Positions 1 through 12,064 of a stretch of DNA of 60,987 bases are shown one piece after another. Numbering within the stretch: the first letter of the stretch is position 1; each line of letters opens with the position of its first letter. The DNA comes from Aplysia californica (taxonomy: Eukaryota), in contig NW_004797640.1 in NCBI RefSeq assembly GCF_000002075.1, positions 430,857 through 491,843 on the forward strand, written 5' to 3'. The notes beneath the pieces were generated by a model. The model saw only the letters and a program-made list of their open reading frames with translations. It was not told where the DNA came from and did no database searches. The position numbers were made by a program, and so were the translations under genes.

Positions 1-40
1 ATTATTATTATTATTGCTACTCTTTTTTTTGGCTTCCCAG

Positions 41-1527
41 TTTTTCCAGAAGAACGGCACGCCGTACCCTGTATCGGACGGAGACGGTGTTCTGATTGAG
101 ATCGTCCACGAAGGGGTCAAGGTCGCACAGACCTTGGAGTTTTCCGGAGATGAGCCGGCAGACATGAACTTGGTCCGTTGTTCTTTCACGGTGCACAAGT
201 CTGGAGAGTACAAAATCTCCGTCATGGTCGGGGGTCGGCACATCAAAGACAGTCCTTTCATCAAGTGTTTTGAGGCTGGTGAGTCGTCCAAGCAATTAGT
301 CATTAGCGGAGAAAAAGATGAAGCAATATGTGTCGCAGTATGGTGGAATCAGTCAATTTTTCTGCATATGAAGTTATTGGTATCATCTTAAAGTAAGATT
401 GTTCATTTGACTATCTTCCGCTGTGAAAAATACCCTTCTTTCCTGAATAGAAGTCGAGATATTTGCCATTAAAGGAGGTAAAGGTCACCTCGTTTCTGAG
501 GTAAAATTAACAAGAAAATGGCCACCAAAGTTTGGTGATTTCCTAAGCTTGAGAGTCTTTGGAGATTGCAATTTTCCTTTTTTTTTGTGCTTTTGATCAA
601 CGTTTTCCAGTAAAATCCACAAACAAATGTTTGTAAATCGACATAAAAGGTATTGAGCTAAAAAAATAAATTTTTTAAAAATTATCCAACGGCCCTATAT
701 AGGCCGATTTCTTTGATTTCATTATTTTGAGGAGCACCTGATTTCATCACGATGCCTCACATTTTTTGCTTTTCGATACCGTCCAGGTCCTATTGACCCC
801 TCCAAGACTGGTTTCATGCACTACACATCCACCGTGGTGTTCCCGGCGGGCACCAGTTACCCTCTCGTCATGGAGACCAGGGACTCCTTTGGCAACCTCT
901 CAGCCTACAGAGCCGACCACAAGGCCTTCTTCAAGATCAAGGTCACAGAGGTATGTGCTTGTTCTAGATAGGCCTTCTTCAAGATCAAGGTCACAGAGAT
1001 ATGTGCTTGTTTTATATATAGGCCTTCTTCAAGATCAAGGTCACAGAGGTATGTGCTTGTTCTAGATAGGCCTTCTTCAAGATCAAGGTCACAGAGATAT
1101 GTGCTTGTTTTATATAAAGGCCTTCTTCAAGATCAAGGTCACAGAGGTATGTGCTTGTTCTATATATAGGCCTTCTTCAAGATCAAGGTCACAGAGATAT
1201 GTGGTTGTTCTAGATAGTCCTTCTTCAAGATCTAGGTCACAGTGGTATGTGATTGTTCTAGATGGTATGAAAGTTTCATATATGTCCAGCAAAGATTGCT
1301 GATTCAGCAAAGAACACAACTGAGTGTCACCAACTCATCAGTATTCTTCTGTCTTCTCACACTTTAATAATAAAAATGATAATGATAATAAGAAGAAGAA
1401 GAATAAAATATAAATCATTTTTATTACGCCTGCTCCCATATGCACACTGGTCTAGGTGCTTTACATAAATCCAAGTAGAAAGAACAAAAATTGAGGAAAT
1501 TTATATTTGCTCATATGGATTGAAAAA

Positions 1528-1596
<69 letters not shown>

Positions 1597-4500
1597 TACA
1601 CCTTCTCTCTCACCTTACATCCACACATACATACATCAATATATTTACATCTAGCTCTCATCAGACGTCCACAAATATATTTATACATCATTATATTTAT
1701 ATCTTTCTCTTATCACACATCCACACATCATTATGTTTACATCTTTCTCTTTCTCTCTCTCTCTCTCTCCAGGCGGGCACCGGAGAGCGCTACTCCCCCA
1801 CCACCCAGATAGTGTACAACACTCTGGAGAAGAAGCTGGTCATGCACATCAAGATGGACAAAGAAGGTTGCTACCAGGCAACCGTCTCCTACGGAGATGT
1901 CAAGCTCAAAAACGGAGAGTTTGATATCCTTGTCCTCAGTGGTAAGTGCAGGCCTTCCAGGTGCTCAGATGAAATTAGAGCTCTTTGATTCTATCTTGCC
2001 TGTTGAAGGATCCTGATCGGGTCTGCATAATTGGCGGTGCTCATTAGAGGATCAGATAGGTTCCATTCAGTTAAGTTTCTAGTGGCTTCAGTACATGCTA
2101 TAAATATACCAACTCCCCAAACCGATCGCCCGACGCGTGGCCTTGAAAACAAACACATCAGGTCATATGCCACTTAGCGTAAATGCTGGGAAATTACACA
2201 TTTTTATCCGCATGTATTTGGATGTATACGCAAGACTTTATGCTGTTGTGATTTTAAGGTCTTCTTCTAAGTTTTCAAGCTCATTCCTCTCACTTTACCC
2301 CCTGTTCATTCTCATTACAGTCTCTTTCTTCCCAGTTTTCATTTTTCCTTTTGGCAATATCTTTACTCTTTGACCTTCTCAACGTACAGATACATTTTTT
2401 TACTCTGAATTCCTTTCATTTTAGCTGTTTTTAGTTTTGTAATCAATGTTGTTTCAGTTCAGTGCACATGATTTGTTAGTACAAATTTTACTGTTTTTTA
2501 AAATTGTGATGATTATGATAAATAAATGTCTTTTTTCAATCATGTTTATATTTCTAGTTGTGCCCTAATGCTATTTCTGACATGCAATATTTTCATGTCT
2601 ATTTTGTGGCCTACTGGCTTATGTTTGTTGCTTTTATCTGCTCTTAATTCTACTCTTTGCATTTCCTATCCCTGTCTTTTCAGTGTCAGAGTTGAGCAAG
2701 GTGCACAAAAATGTGGCCAAACGGAAACACAACCTGTGGTACGAGGCACGGCTGTTAACGCAGAATGGAGAGACGCTGGATAAACCAAAGAAAGTTTACG
2801 TCTACGTGTCACCAAAGGTTGGTTTGGGGGGGTTTTTTTATGTTTTCGTTGAATCGTAAAGTCCTTTTTAACTTTTTTTAAAGGCAAATGATGGCGCTCA
2901 TATGACCTTATGCAGCTGCGAGCGCCGTAAAACCTCTACTAAATCAATCAATCAATAAGGCAAATGCTGTTCTCTGTTACTCATACCAGATCATTTCAAA
3001 GGAGAGTTGCTTGCATGGTTTCCCAATGTGGCTCTAGGGGGCATAAACAATTGTTGACCACAATCAGATTGATACCTCCCTAGTTAAACTGTTTGTGTTA
3101 ATGGAGGCTCAGTTTTTAGTCTGTAATATTTAATCCAAACCACTTTTACTTTCCCTCAATAAAGAAGAATTGAGGTGTAAATAGTTCAGTTAAAGATTGT
3201 TGGGGTTTTTTAATACCTTGTTTTTGCCTGAAGTGCTCTACCCTCCAGTACAATGTTTTTTATGCAAATTAGTAATAATGTTTTGTCCTTTGAAAACTTT
3301 ATAAAATCTTACCCTTTTTTAGCTTTTGATTGTCAATGGCTTTTTTATTGTCTTGTTCCAGCAACTGACTATTAAAGAATATTACTTCAAGATTTATCCC
3401 AAGAAACTGTGCACGTTCCGAGTCTGTCCCTGGACAAAGGTAACACATTTCTCATTGGTTTTTGGGGATCAATCATTCTCTTTTTGCTTTGTCGGTTTGT
3501 GAATTTCTTGATTTGTTTATGTGGGAGAAAAATAATGTAGTTGACTTGCCGTGGAAGGTCCAATCTGCCTTCTACTGGTCAAAATTCTTAGTAAATCCTT
3601 GACCACTACTGAAATATTTTGTTGGTCAGTATGAATCAATAATAGTTAACTTATAAAAGATTGACATGATACCCTGTCCTCATAAATTAAAGTCATTTAC
3701 ACCATGAGTTAAAGAACCTCGACCACCTATGAGATCTAATAAGATATGCAGAGGAGCAAGGAGAAAAAGAAATCAAAAGATTGATGATCTTGGAGCTGGA
3801 TGTAAAATGATATTTACAAGTTTGCTTGTTCACAAAGATACACTGTGTTACAGTAGACAATATTTCATTTGGACATCTTTGCCCCACAGTTTGTGTTCAA
3901 CGGGTCAAACAACAACTACGATGCCCCGAGGTTTTCCATCGAGGATGGCAGTCAGCCCTCAGTGGAGCTGTCGGCCAGAGAGAGAAACACCATCATAGCT
4001 ACTTTCTCCTGCTTCCTACTGAAGAGTATAGGTAAGTCAGTTCAACCACTCATATTGTGCTTACTTGGGAAAAGGAGGGAGAGAGTACCAGCTTGAAACA
4101 AATTGCTACCTTAAAATTATTATTACTAAGCTCTTTCTGCTCTGTATCTCGTTTTGATAAATTTTGCGACAAAAGGCTTGAGCTTCATAATATGTCAAGC
4201 TTTTTCGAATGCAATTCTTTGAATATCTTGATAACGACTCGAAATTATCTTTCGATTTTGATAGAGCAGATAAACATTTGATTTCTGATCTCATGGATTT
4301 AGTAACTCAAAACGGACAAAAATGTCAGGTAGAACTTTGTATTTCTAAGAAACGAAATATTGTTCCATTAAAAGTTTCTAAAACTCTTTATTTCATGCTA
4401 ATTGATTGTAAACTATTGTAAGTGTTTTCTGCCCCAGTCAGCACAATTCTGATCATTTAGGAGGCAGGCTGCTTTAATCCTGCCTGTCAGGACCGACAGG

Positions 4501-7500
4501 AGTTGAGTGAGATGCAACATCCAAGCAGACCAGGGAGATTTTCAACAGAATCACTGCCAAATGTTGAGTGTTGAAAATTATTGTCCCAAATCAATGAGTC
4601 TTGACAGGCATTCTTTTCTTAGAAACGTTCTTCCAGAAGTAAATATTTAGAATAGCTATCCACAGAACACCACGTAATAATTGTATTGCAAAGGAGGAAG
4701 AATGAGGTCATGTATTGAAGAAATGTTTGTATGATGACATTTTGTTATCTTTTATAAAGAGAATTTGTTGTTTAGTGTTTATAGAAAATTTGATTATTTT
4801 GGGGGTTTATTCAACTTTAAGTTTGCAAATGTTTCAGTGCCTGTAACAATAATGGTAACCCACTCACACCTGCCCCCTATTTTTCTCCATCAGGTGGGTC
4901 TGAAACGTTCAATGACAAGAGGAATTTTTTCTACCAAGAAATCCGAGCCACACATCACCGGCGATCACATTCGAGTCTGGTGGTGAAGGTTGATCGCTCC
5001 AGTTTGTTGTACAGTGTGAGTTCTTGTTCTTCATTCCTTCCCACACACCCTCCCCCCAACCCCCCACCTGCAACCCCACCCCAACCTCCACCTCCACCTC
5101 CTTTGCTGTATTTGGCCTCATGTTGCTGCAGTAACATTGCGACGGTTGTTTCCCTTTTTTTTCCAATGCCCATATTTCACCTCGTGCTGCGCCTAACTCA
5201 TTTTCACCTTTAATTCCCTTTTTTTTCCAATGCTCATATTTCACCTCGTGCTTCACCTCTCACATTCTCACCCTAGTTTCCAAGAAACAACAAGGGACTG
5301 AGCTGCTCTAAGGTGCTGCTAAAGAAATGATGTTTTCCTTGTCTGAATGTCAAAGTTTGCAGCAGTGGATTATGATGGGATTGTTAAGAATAATGAAGAT
5401 AATGATTTTTAACTTTTCTTTTCACTGTAAAGCTGCTACCGCAATCTCTTGTTGGATCATAAAGAATTTATTTTGAATAAGTACCTTTTTCTGAGGTGAT
5501 ATGGTGTATTAGTAATGCACATCAAGGATAAAAGACTTGTGACATATTCTGTCGTTCGAAGTGTTTCTTTTGTTTCTTTATAGCAACTCACCCCCCCCNN
5601 NNNNNNNNNNNNNNNNNNNNNNNNNNNNNNNNNNNNNNNNNNNNNNNNNNNNNNNNNNNNNNNNNNNNNNNNNNNNNNNNNNNNNNNNNNNNNNNNNNTC
5701 CCCCCCCCCCCCCCCCCCCCCCCATCCTCTTTTTTTTCTTAACTTCATAATGATGAGATTGCCAAGAACTTTGTCATCACACATTTTCCTACCTTTTCCT
5801 ACATTTATCCTTGAACCTACAACCTCTGTTCTTGACACCCAATGGAAAAGGCTAATCCATGGCTGTATTACAAATTTTTAAGCCAGATCACTAAATCTTT
5901 ATTTGTTGATTACTTAAACATAATATGCTAGTGGGTGGGCAGCCCTGCCTCTGTCTAGTATTCCCTCCCTCCCTCCCTCCCTCCCTCCTCTTCTCTCTGT
6001 CTTTATTCTTCCAAACTATTTCTTCCTTCGTCTCTATTGCAATTTCAATTTGTTTGTCCACAGTCGTATCGAGCGACCAAACACCTCAACTTGTGCGACT
6101 GGTGCAAGCGTTTTGAGATTGTGTTTGTCGGGGAGCAGGGCCTGGACTGGGGTGGGGTCAGCCGGGAGTGGTTCGAGGTCCTGGCCAAGGAACTGTTTGA
6201 CCCCAACTGCTCGCAGCTCTTTGCAAGACTCACAGACAACCCACAGGGGCTGGTGAGATTCTACGTGATTCTTAATTGTAATAATAATAATAATAATGTA
6301 ATAACAATAATGATAATTAGTATTTGTATAGCACATATCCCCATTTGACAGCAAGCTCTGTGCGCTTTACACTGTATTATTACCGAAGCAGACCATAGAG
6401 CACATAAATGCTCAAATCCAAACAAACTGACAAGATTTTTTACTGTCTATAGCTGAGTACCCGTTCCCACCTGGGTGAAATGAGGAAAATTTGTGTAAAG
6501 CGTCTTTCCCAAGGACACAACGTCGGGTCCTTGACAGGACTGGTACCCACAACCTTACGGTTGCGAGTCTAAGGGCCTAACCACTAGGCTTCTAACACGA
6601 GTGCAGCTTTTTTTAGTGTCACCTTAATGAAGATTTGAGTGATGAATGTGCTTATGGTTTTAGCTCTGATTCTGACTCCTATTTTCCTGAACATTGTTTA
6701 TCGACAGCTTAATTTTCTCAGTGTCCTGAAAAGTTTATAATGAGATATAGGTATTATACTGATATACCCCAATTTCCTTCAAACTCTGCTTCCTGGAATG
6801 TCAGGACTAAGGTTTAGCACTCTGTACCCTGTGTGTGTGTGTGTGTGTATGTATGTGTTCGTGTGTGTGTGTGTGTGTTTGTGTGTCCAGGGGGGGGTGT
6901 GAAGCATCAAAACGATACAGTCCAAAATGCTAAATTAAAACGGTGGAAATATTATTTCGAGTGTAAACTGTAAGTCTTTCAAGTATTTTAATGTCTTCAT
7001 AATTGTAGAATTTTTTTTCCTTTATGTGCCATAGGTTCATCCAAACCCCAAAAGGCCTCCAGACAAGAAGATCAAACATTACGAGTTTGCTGGGAAAATT
7101 GTGGGCAAGTGTCTGTACGAGTCGTCTGTGGGCCGGACACAGCTGGTCAAAGCCAGGTTTACCAGATCTTTCCTCGCTCAACTCATTGGGTTACGCGTTA
7201 CGTACAAAGTAAGTGCCCTCTGTGCCGTAATGTAATGTTTTGTATTGTGTTTTACTAAGCTTTGCATGATTGATTGTGTTAAATGAATTTTACTGTACAG
7301 TGCTGTGTTATGTAAACTGATATGTTGTATGTATGTTGTATTGATCTGTATTGTGAAGTGCAGTGGTTTGGTGTGTAATGTTGAAGTGAAATGTGTTTTA
7401 CTGTGCAATCTTTTGATGTTTCATGTTGTGTAAAGCTGTGTTTTTATGTGTTGTTTTCTATAAAGCTGTAATGTGTTAACCCTATCCGTACGCCCTGGAG

Positions 7501-10500
7501 TCATTTTTTTTCCCCCGGGGCTGTACTCTTCACATTTTAGAATACTTCTAGTAAGAAGATCTCTTTGAAGCTTTCAGTATTTCTCAAAAAATCATTTTGA
7601 CAGACTGCTATGCAAAGCGTACCGATCGGATTAACGAGTAAATTTCCTCTTTGAAAGTGGTGGCACAGAGTTCCCCACTTCGTATGGATACGATAGCAAA
7701 ACACGATGTACGGAAAGGGTTATGCTATGTTTTGATGTGTCGTGTTGTTTTTTTGCTGAGCTGAGCTGTGCAATAATGCATTTGACTTTGTTGTATAATG
7801 ATGTGTTGTTGTAAACTGCATTGTGTTGTGTTTTACAATTTTCTATGGTAATGTGCTAATTTGTGTTGAATTAAGCTAATTTTTTATTTTTTATTTGTAT
7901 TTTCATCCTTTTTTGTGTACTTTGTAATGTCTTTTCGTTCTTTCACTTTTATGTGTTATTTATAATGTCCTTTCATCCTTTCATGTATACTTTGTAATGT
8001 CTTTTCTTCCTTTCATGTATTGTATACTTTCTTTGTAATATCCTTTCATCCTAAAATATATTTTGTAATGTCTTTTGACCCTTTCATATATACTTTGTAA
8101 TGGTTATTCATCCTTTCATGTATACTTTGTAATTTCCTTTCATCCTTTCAAGTATGCTTTGTAATGTCCTTTCATTCTTTCATGTATACTTTGTAATGTC
8201 CTTTCCCTGTGTACTTCAGCACTTCATCACGGACGACCCCGAGTTTTTCACCACCAAAATCTCGTACATCGAAAACAATGATGTGGAGGATATGGAGTTG
8301 ACCTTCTCAGAGGAAATCTACAACGCTCAAGGCCAGCTTGTCAAGGTCAGTGAGTTCATTCTGGGGAGGTGAGTGTGGGAGGGGGGGTGAGGGGAGGGGG
8401 GATGCGGGCGGCGCTGATCGTGGCATTAAATGCGAGACACGATGGTCTGTGACGTCACCTCCTGGTGTCACTCCCAGTACCAGTACTGGCGGTTTTTGGC
8501 ACAAGGTACCGACACTGGGTTTCGCCGGTACTGCCCAGCATTAGTGTGTGGTGGTTGGTGGGGGAAGCTGTCAGGGAAATGTAATGCACTGCACATTCTT
8601 TATATGTTTTACATCATCATTATGGCTTTTCGTTTGTAAACATATTACTATCCAACATAGGGAGATTTGCCCAGGACAAAATTTTTTAATTTGCAATGTA
8701 TGATTTTTGTGTGGTTTGAAATTCAACACTTACAATATGTGCTTCATTCAATAAAACATGCCTGGGTGACAGTCTTACATTGAAGGCAAGGGGAAGGGTA
8801 GATGTTATTATTTCCTTCTGTATTATTTTCTTCTGTTATTGTTTACTTCAACTTATGTCTTTATTTCTTTCCCAGGTTATTGATCTCATCCCCAATGGCT
8901 CCAAAGTGCCAGTCACCAATGCCAACAAGCTTCGCTACTTAGATGCTTTGGCCCAGTACAGACTGGTTGCGCCAGTCAAAGAGGAAGTGGAGGGTTTTCT
9001 CCGAGGTCTCAGCTCAGAGTTGATACCAGAGAATCTACTCAGCATCTTCGATGAGAACGAATTGGAGGTATGGGGCTGACATATTTTGTATGGTTGGTGT
9101 ACAGTGGGGCATAAATAACACAAACATGGAGAACTCGAAATCACGGATAGCCTGTACAATTTGCCCTTCTCTGTCTGATATCTTTCTAATATTTCGTTAT
9201 ATCGGGTAACCGGAATTATGGATGTGTTGAACACATCTGCCGATCCCGACGTGTTTGAGTTATGTGTACTATTTATTTTGTCTTTTTTTTTTTTGCTTTA
9301 GGAAAAATTTTGAATTTTTGTCAAGAAGCTGACTTTGACAGATCTGTACCATCTTCAACTTTTAACTTTTTCAAGGTGTCTTTCTCACATTTAAGCCTGC
9401 AAGTTCAGCCTCCCAAGTTCTTCTTCATCATCCAGTAAGACTTAAAAATAGAGTAAGAAAAATCGGAGGGCAAGCCCAAATTATCAACTGACCAATCTGC
9501 ATGAGAGTTGAACATTTTTACTCCAGGCTGAAAAGCCATCCCTGGCAACTATGTCAGCAAGAAGTAGTTTCCATTTGTCTTACGTTTATGCTTCTTACTA
9601 ATTTGTGTTGTTGTAAATGGCATTGATGATTTCACATCGCTTTCTAATCTAGACAGCTCAAGTTGGCCTTGATTGGCTGGTCAAAACAGTGTGCCTCCTC
9701 TTAACTTATCTAAATTGTGTCGATAGAGGATGTAAAAGATTTAAAATCGTTAAACCAACCTCTATCCCCCCAGTAGGATTAAGAGAACTCTGTGTGTGTT
9801 TCAGCTGTTGATGTGTGGAACCGGCACCTACAGCATAGCAGACTTCAAGCTCCATCACAACGTGGTGGGGGCGTCGCCTTCCTTTAACAAGGTCAGTTTC
9901 CCTGTGGCACAGGTAGCTGAATGAAAGGACACGGGGCAGTTTTAGGGCAATATTGCTTGGATCTTTAGACTGTGTAAGGTATTCATCTTTAACACAGAAT
10001 GTCTATTCCCCTTTTGTAAACATCGTTTCATTTTTAGTGTAGATAGATTTTAATAAAAGAGGACTGTATGAGTCATTGTTTCATGTTTGTGTAGATAAAT
10101 TTTAATTAAAGGGGGCTGTTTGATTCAGTGCTTTATAAATGCCTTATTTTTTAAACAAAATCCTCTCGTGGGAAAAAAAAACAAAAGAAGGAATGTAAGG
10201 AGCAATGAGAAAGCACCTTATACGAGGTGACAGTCATAGATAAACTAATGTACGTGTTGCATCCTTGGCATTCCTGCAGTGGGATATACTCATACGTCAC
10301 AACACAGACGGCTTATTGTCTCTATTGCTTGGAAAATAAGTTACTTTAATTACCTTCACTCACCCTGTGAAGCAATAGCTGACTTACTTACTGATTTACT
10401 TACTCTCTCCCTATACTGTCAGGTATGTAAGGCGGAGAGCAGTCGACGCCACTCTTGCCGGTCGCAGGCTGTTATTGTTATTGTTTCAGGAAGCAACATC

Positions 10501-11422
10501 CCTGCACTCCGGACATGTCCATTGATGCTCCGTTGCTCTCTCCAAAATGTTGCCGAGGGTCATTCTACTGATTGTGCCAGTGCACATCTGGTTGAACGTT
10601 TTTCTGTTCTTTCCTGCAAGGATGCCAGATTTTCTGCTTCCTTTTTTTATTCCCAAAAGCATCATCCTCTCCACGGCAGTACTGGCCTCAGCCTCCCTAT
10701 CTTCCTCCTCAATCAGCTGGCGAGAGAGACATTTCAGGATCTCGACCCTATCTGGTTGAACCGTATTGTCAACTAAGGTGGCCTCACCAGCTAATCTGTC
10801 GGCTTTTTCATTTCCCCTAACACCTGCATGGCCAGGGCAGAAAATCCATGTGAGCGATCGTATAGGCGTTGGTACTATAGCTTGAATCCATTCTGTTCTC
10901 AGGAAAAAAGGTCGCGGGCTACATTCTCCAATCTTGGCATATCTAGGCCCTGAGTGTTTACCTCATCCCTAATTGTGCCTCAAAACAGCAGACTTACTTA
11001 TTCATTTTTGTTGAGACAATGATGATTATATCATTGATAGTTTTTAAGAGACAAACCCGGAGTTGATTGTCTTGTTTCCCTCAGGTACGAGGCTGGTTCT
11101 GGACCATCATCGCCAGTTTCACGGAGGAGCAGATGGCCCGGCTTCTTCAGTTCATCACAGGCTGTTCCCAGCTGCCTCCTGGGGGATTCTCGGAGCTCAA
11201 CCCAAAGATACAACTGTCCTCTGCTCCCACTTACAACAATCTTCCCTCCTCTCATACTTGGTGAGTTGGGAGTCTGGTAGAGATAGAAGATAGGTGTGTG
11301 CGTGTGCATGTGCGTGCTCGCACGGTTTGAGTTTCAAATCTGGATAAGTAGAGGTCAACTTCTTTCCAGACTTTTAGAATTTGTGTCTCTGTGTTTGAAT
11401 GGTATACAATACAAATATGTAC

Positions 11423-11462
<40 letters not shown>

Positions 11463-12064
11463 ATTTGTATTTTGTATGTAGTGAGAGGAAGGGAGAAAGT
11501 GCTTGGAGAAGCTTACAGGTACACTGTATCCATTATTTGTTTACGTTCATCTATCACTCAATCCAAATGAGCTGTGAAGGTTTTATCAAACGTCCTTGTT
11601 TTGTACTCATCATGTGATCCTTGATGTATCATTGGCAATTGATGGCTGAGCGCAAGAAGTGACTGTATCCACTTTTTGTTGAAATGGAATAATTTAGTAT
11701 GGGTAGTGAGATTTTAAGCCACTCTTTTACCTCTGTTGATATCTAAGCCGTAGCTTGATTCCATATAGAGATACTAACATTTCTTTTTTTGACTTTGTAA
11801 TAGAGATTTCTAAATCATCAAAATTTCAAATTTGTTTTTCTCGAAACTGTCAGATGTCGGTATAGTTCTTACGCTCAGCGTCGTTATGTTTGTCTTGCCT
11901 TAAAACTTAAAATAATTTTTGTCTTGACTTAAAACTAAAAATCATTTTTCTCTCTCACCAGTTTCAACCAACTGTGTCTGCCGGACTATGACAGCATGGA
12001 CACATTCCACAAGATGCTGCTGATTGCAATCACTGAAGGGAACCAGGGCTTTGGCCTTGCATAG
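41..12064 (+). CDS. AREL1: Apoptosis-resistant E3 ubiquitin ligase 1-like (filamin/Ig-like repeat + C-terminal HECT domain); 5'-partial, 14 coding exons in window
   Basis: Exons, all AG|...|GT with consistent phase: 41-278, 787-950, 1773-1941, 2684-2817, 3362-3439, 3890-4031, 4894-5015, 6064-6252, 7035-7208, 8220-8345, 8876-9067, 9805-9891, 11085-11260, 11962-12064 (TAG). Total 2094 nt = 697 aa + stop. The translation has AREL1-typical segments (NGEFDILVLS, KPKKVYVYVSPKQLTIKEYY, TFRVCP, IGGSETFNDK) and HECT motifs (GLDWGGVSREWF, YEFAGKIVGKCLYES, FDENELELLMCG, LLQFITGCSQLPPGGF, LPSSHTCFNQLCLP, EGNQGFGLA*). The N-terminus lies upstream of the window. Confidence 0.93.
922..1263 (+). repeat. Tandem array of 7 x 48-50 bp spanning an AREL1 exon 3' end and splice donor
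   Basis: Unit aggccttcttcaagatcaaggtcacagag[g/a]tatgtgcttgtt..., starting at 922, 970, 1020, 1068, 1118, 1168 and 1216. Confidence 0.95.
1529..1600 (+). repeat. (CT)n(CA)n microsatellite
   Basis: Direct reading. Similar tracts at 6830-6885 (GT), 11424-11461 (GT), 23180-23250 (CT) and 38803-38888 (CT). Confidence 0.95.
4104..4352. mobile_element. ~250-bp MITE family (copy 1 of 4)
   Basis: Homologous copies at ~29826-30045, ~32765-33012 (reverse) and ~34365-34605 (reverse). Imperfect TIRs resembling TGCTACCTTAGAATTACAAAGTTCT; shared core atgtcaagctt...ttttgatagagcag...taactcaaaa. Confidence 0.65.
6280..6592 (-). mobile_element. tRNA-derived SINE with CORE/V-like central domain and L2-like 3' tail
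   Basis: Minus strand reads: A-box-like GCCTAGTGG, tRNA-like head, central GTTGTGTCCTTGGGAAAGACGCTTTACAC...CACCCAGGTGGGAACGGGTAC, then tail GTAAAGCGCACAGAGC...GTGCTATACAAATAC followed by (ATT)n. Related tail fragments at ~1400-1465, ~23530-23585 and ~31060-31140. Confidence 0.6.
7480..7719. mobile_element. piggyBac-like MITE (240 bp)
   Basis: TTAA|CCCTATCCGTAC...GTACGGAAAGGG|TTAT: 12-bp TIR with one mismatch and TTAA-type target. Confidence 0.7.
7900..8210 (+). repeat. Degenerate ~32-bp tandem repeat (~10 copies) directly upstream of an AREL1 acceptor
   Basis: Consensus approximately tactttgtaatgtcctttcatcctttcatgta. Confidence 0.85.
10378..10960 (-). mobile_element. Degenerate 3' fragment of an RTE-clade LINE
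   Basis: The minus strand encodes a remnant ...TACDRQEWRRLLSALHT* followed by a (TAAG)n tail, typical of RTE-group ends. Confidence 0.5.

Noticed and set aside
922-1263. CRISPR-like repeat-spacer appearance
   Set aside because: The 'spacers' are near-identical, the repeat is exon/intron sequence of a eukaryotic gene, and there are no cas genes.
8449-8458. Perfect CRE palindrome GTGACGTCAC in an AREL1 intron
   Set aside because: A single short motif in a repeat-like GC patch; expected by chance in 61 kb.
10279-10776. 165-aa plus-strand ORF
   Set aside because: Antisense shadow of a decayed RTE fragment inside an AREL1 intron; no recognisable domain.
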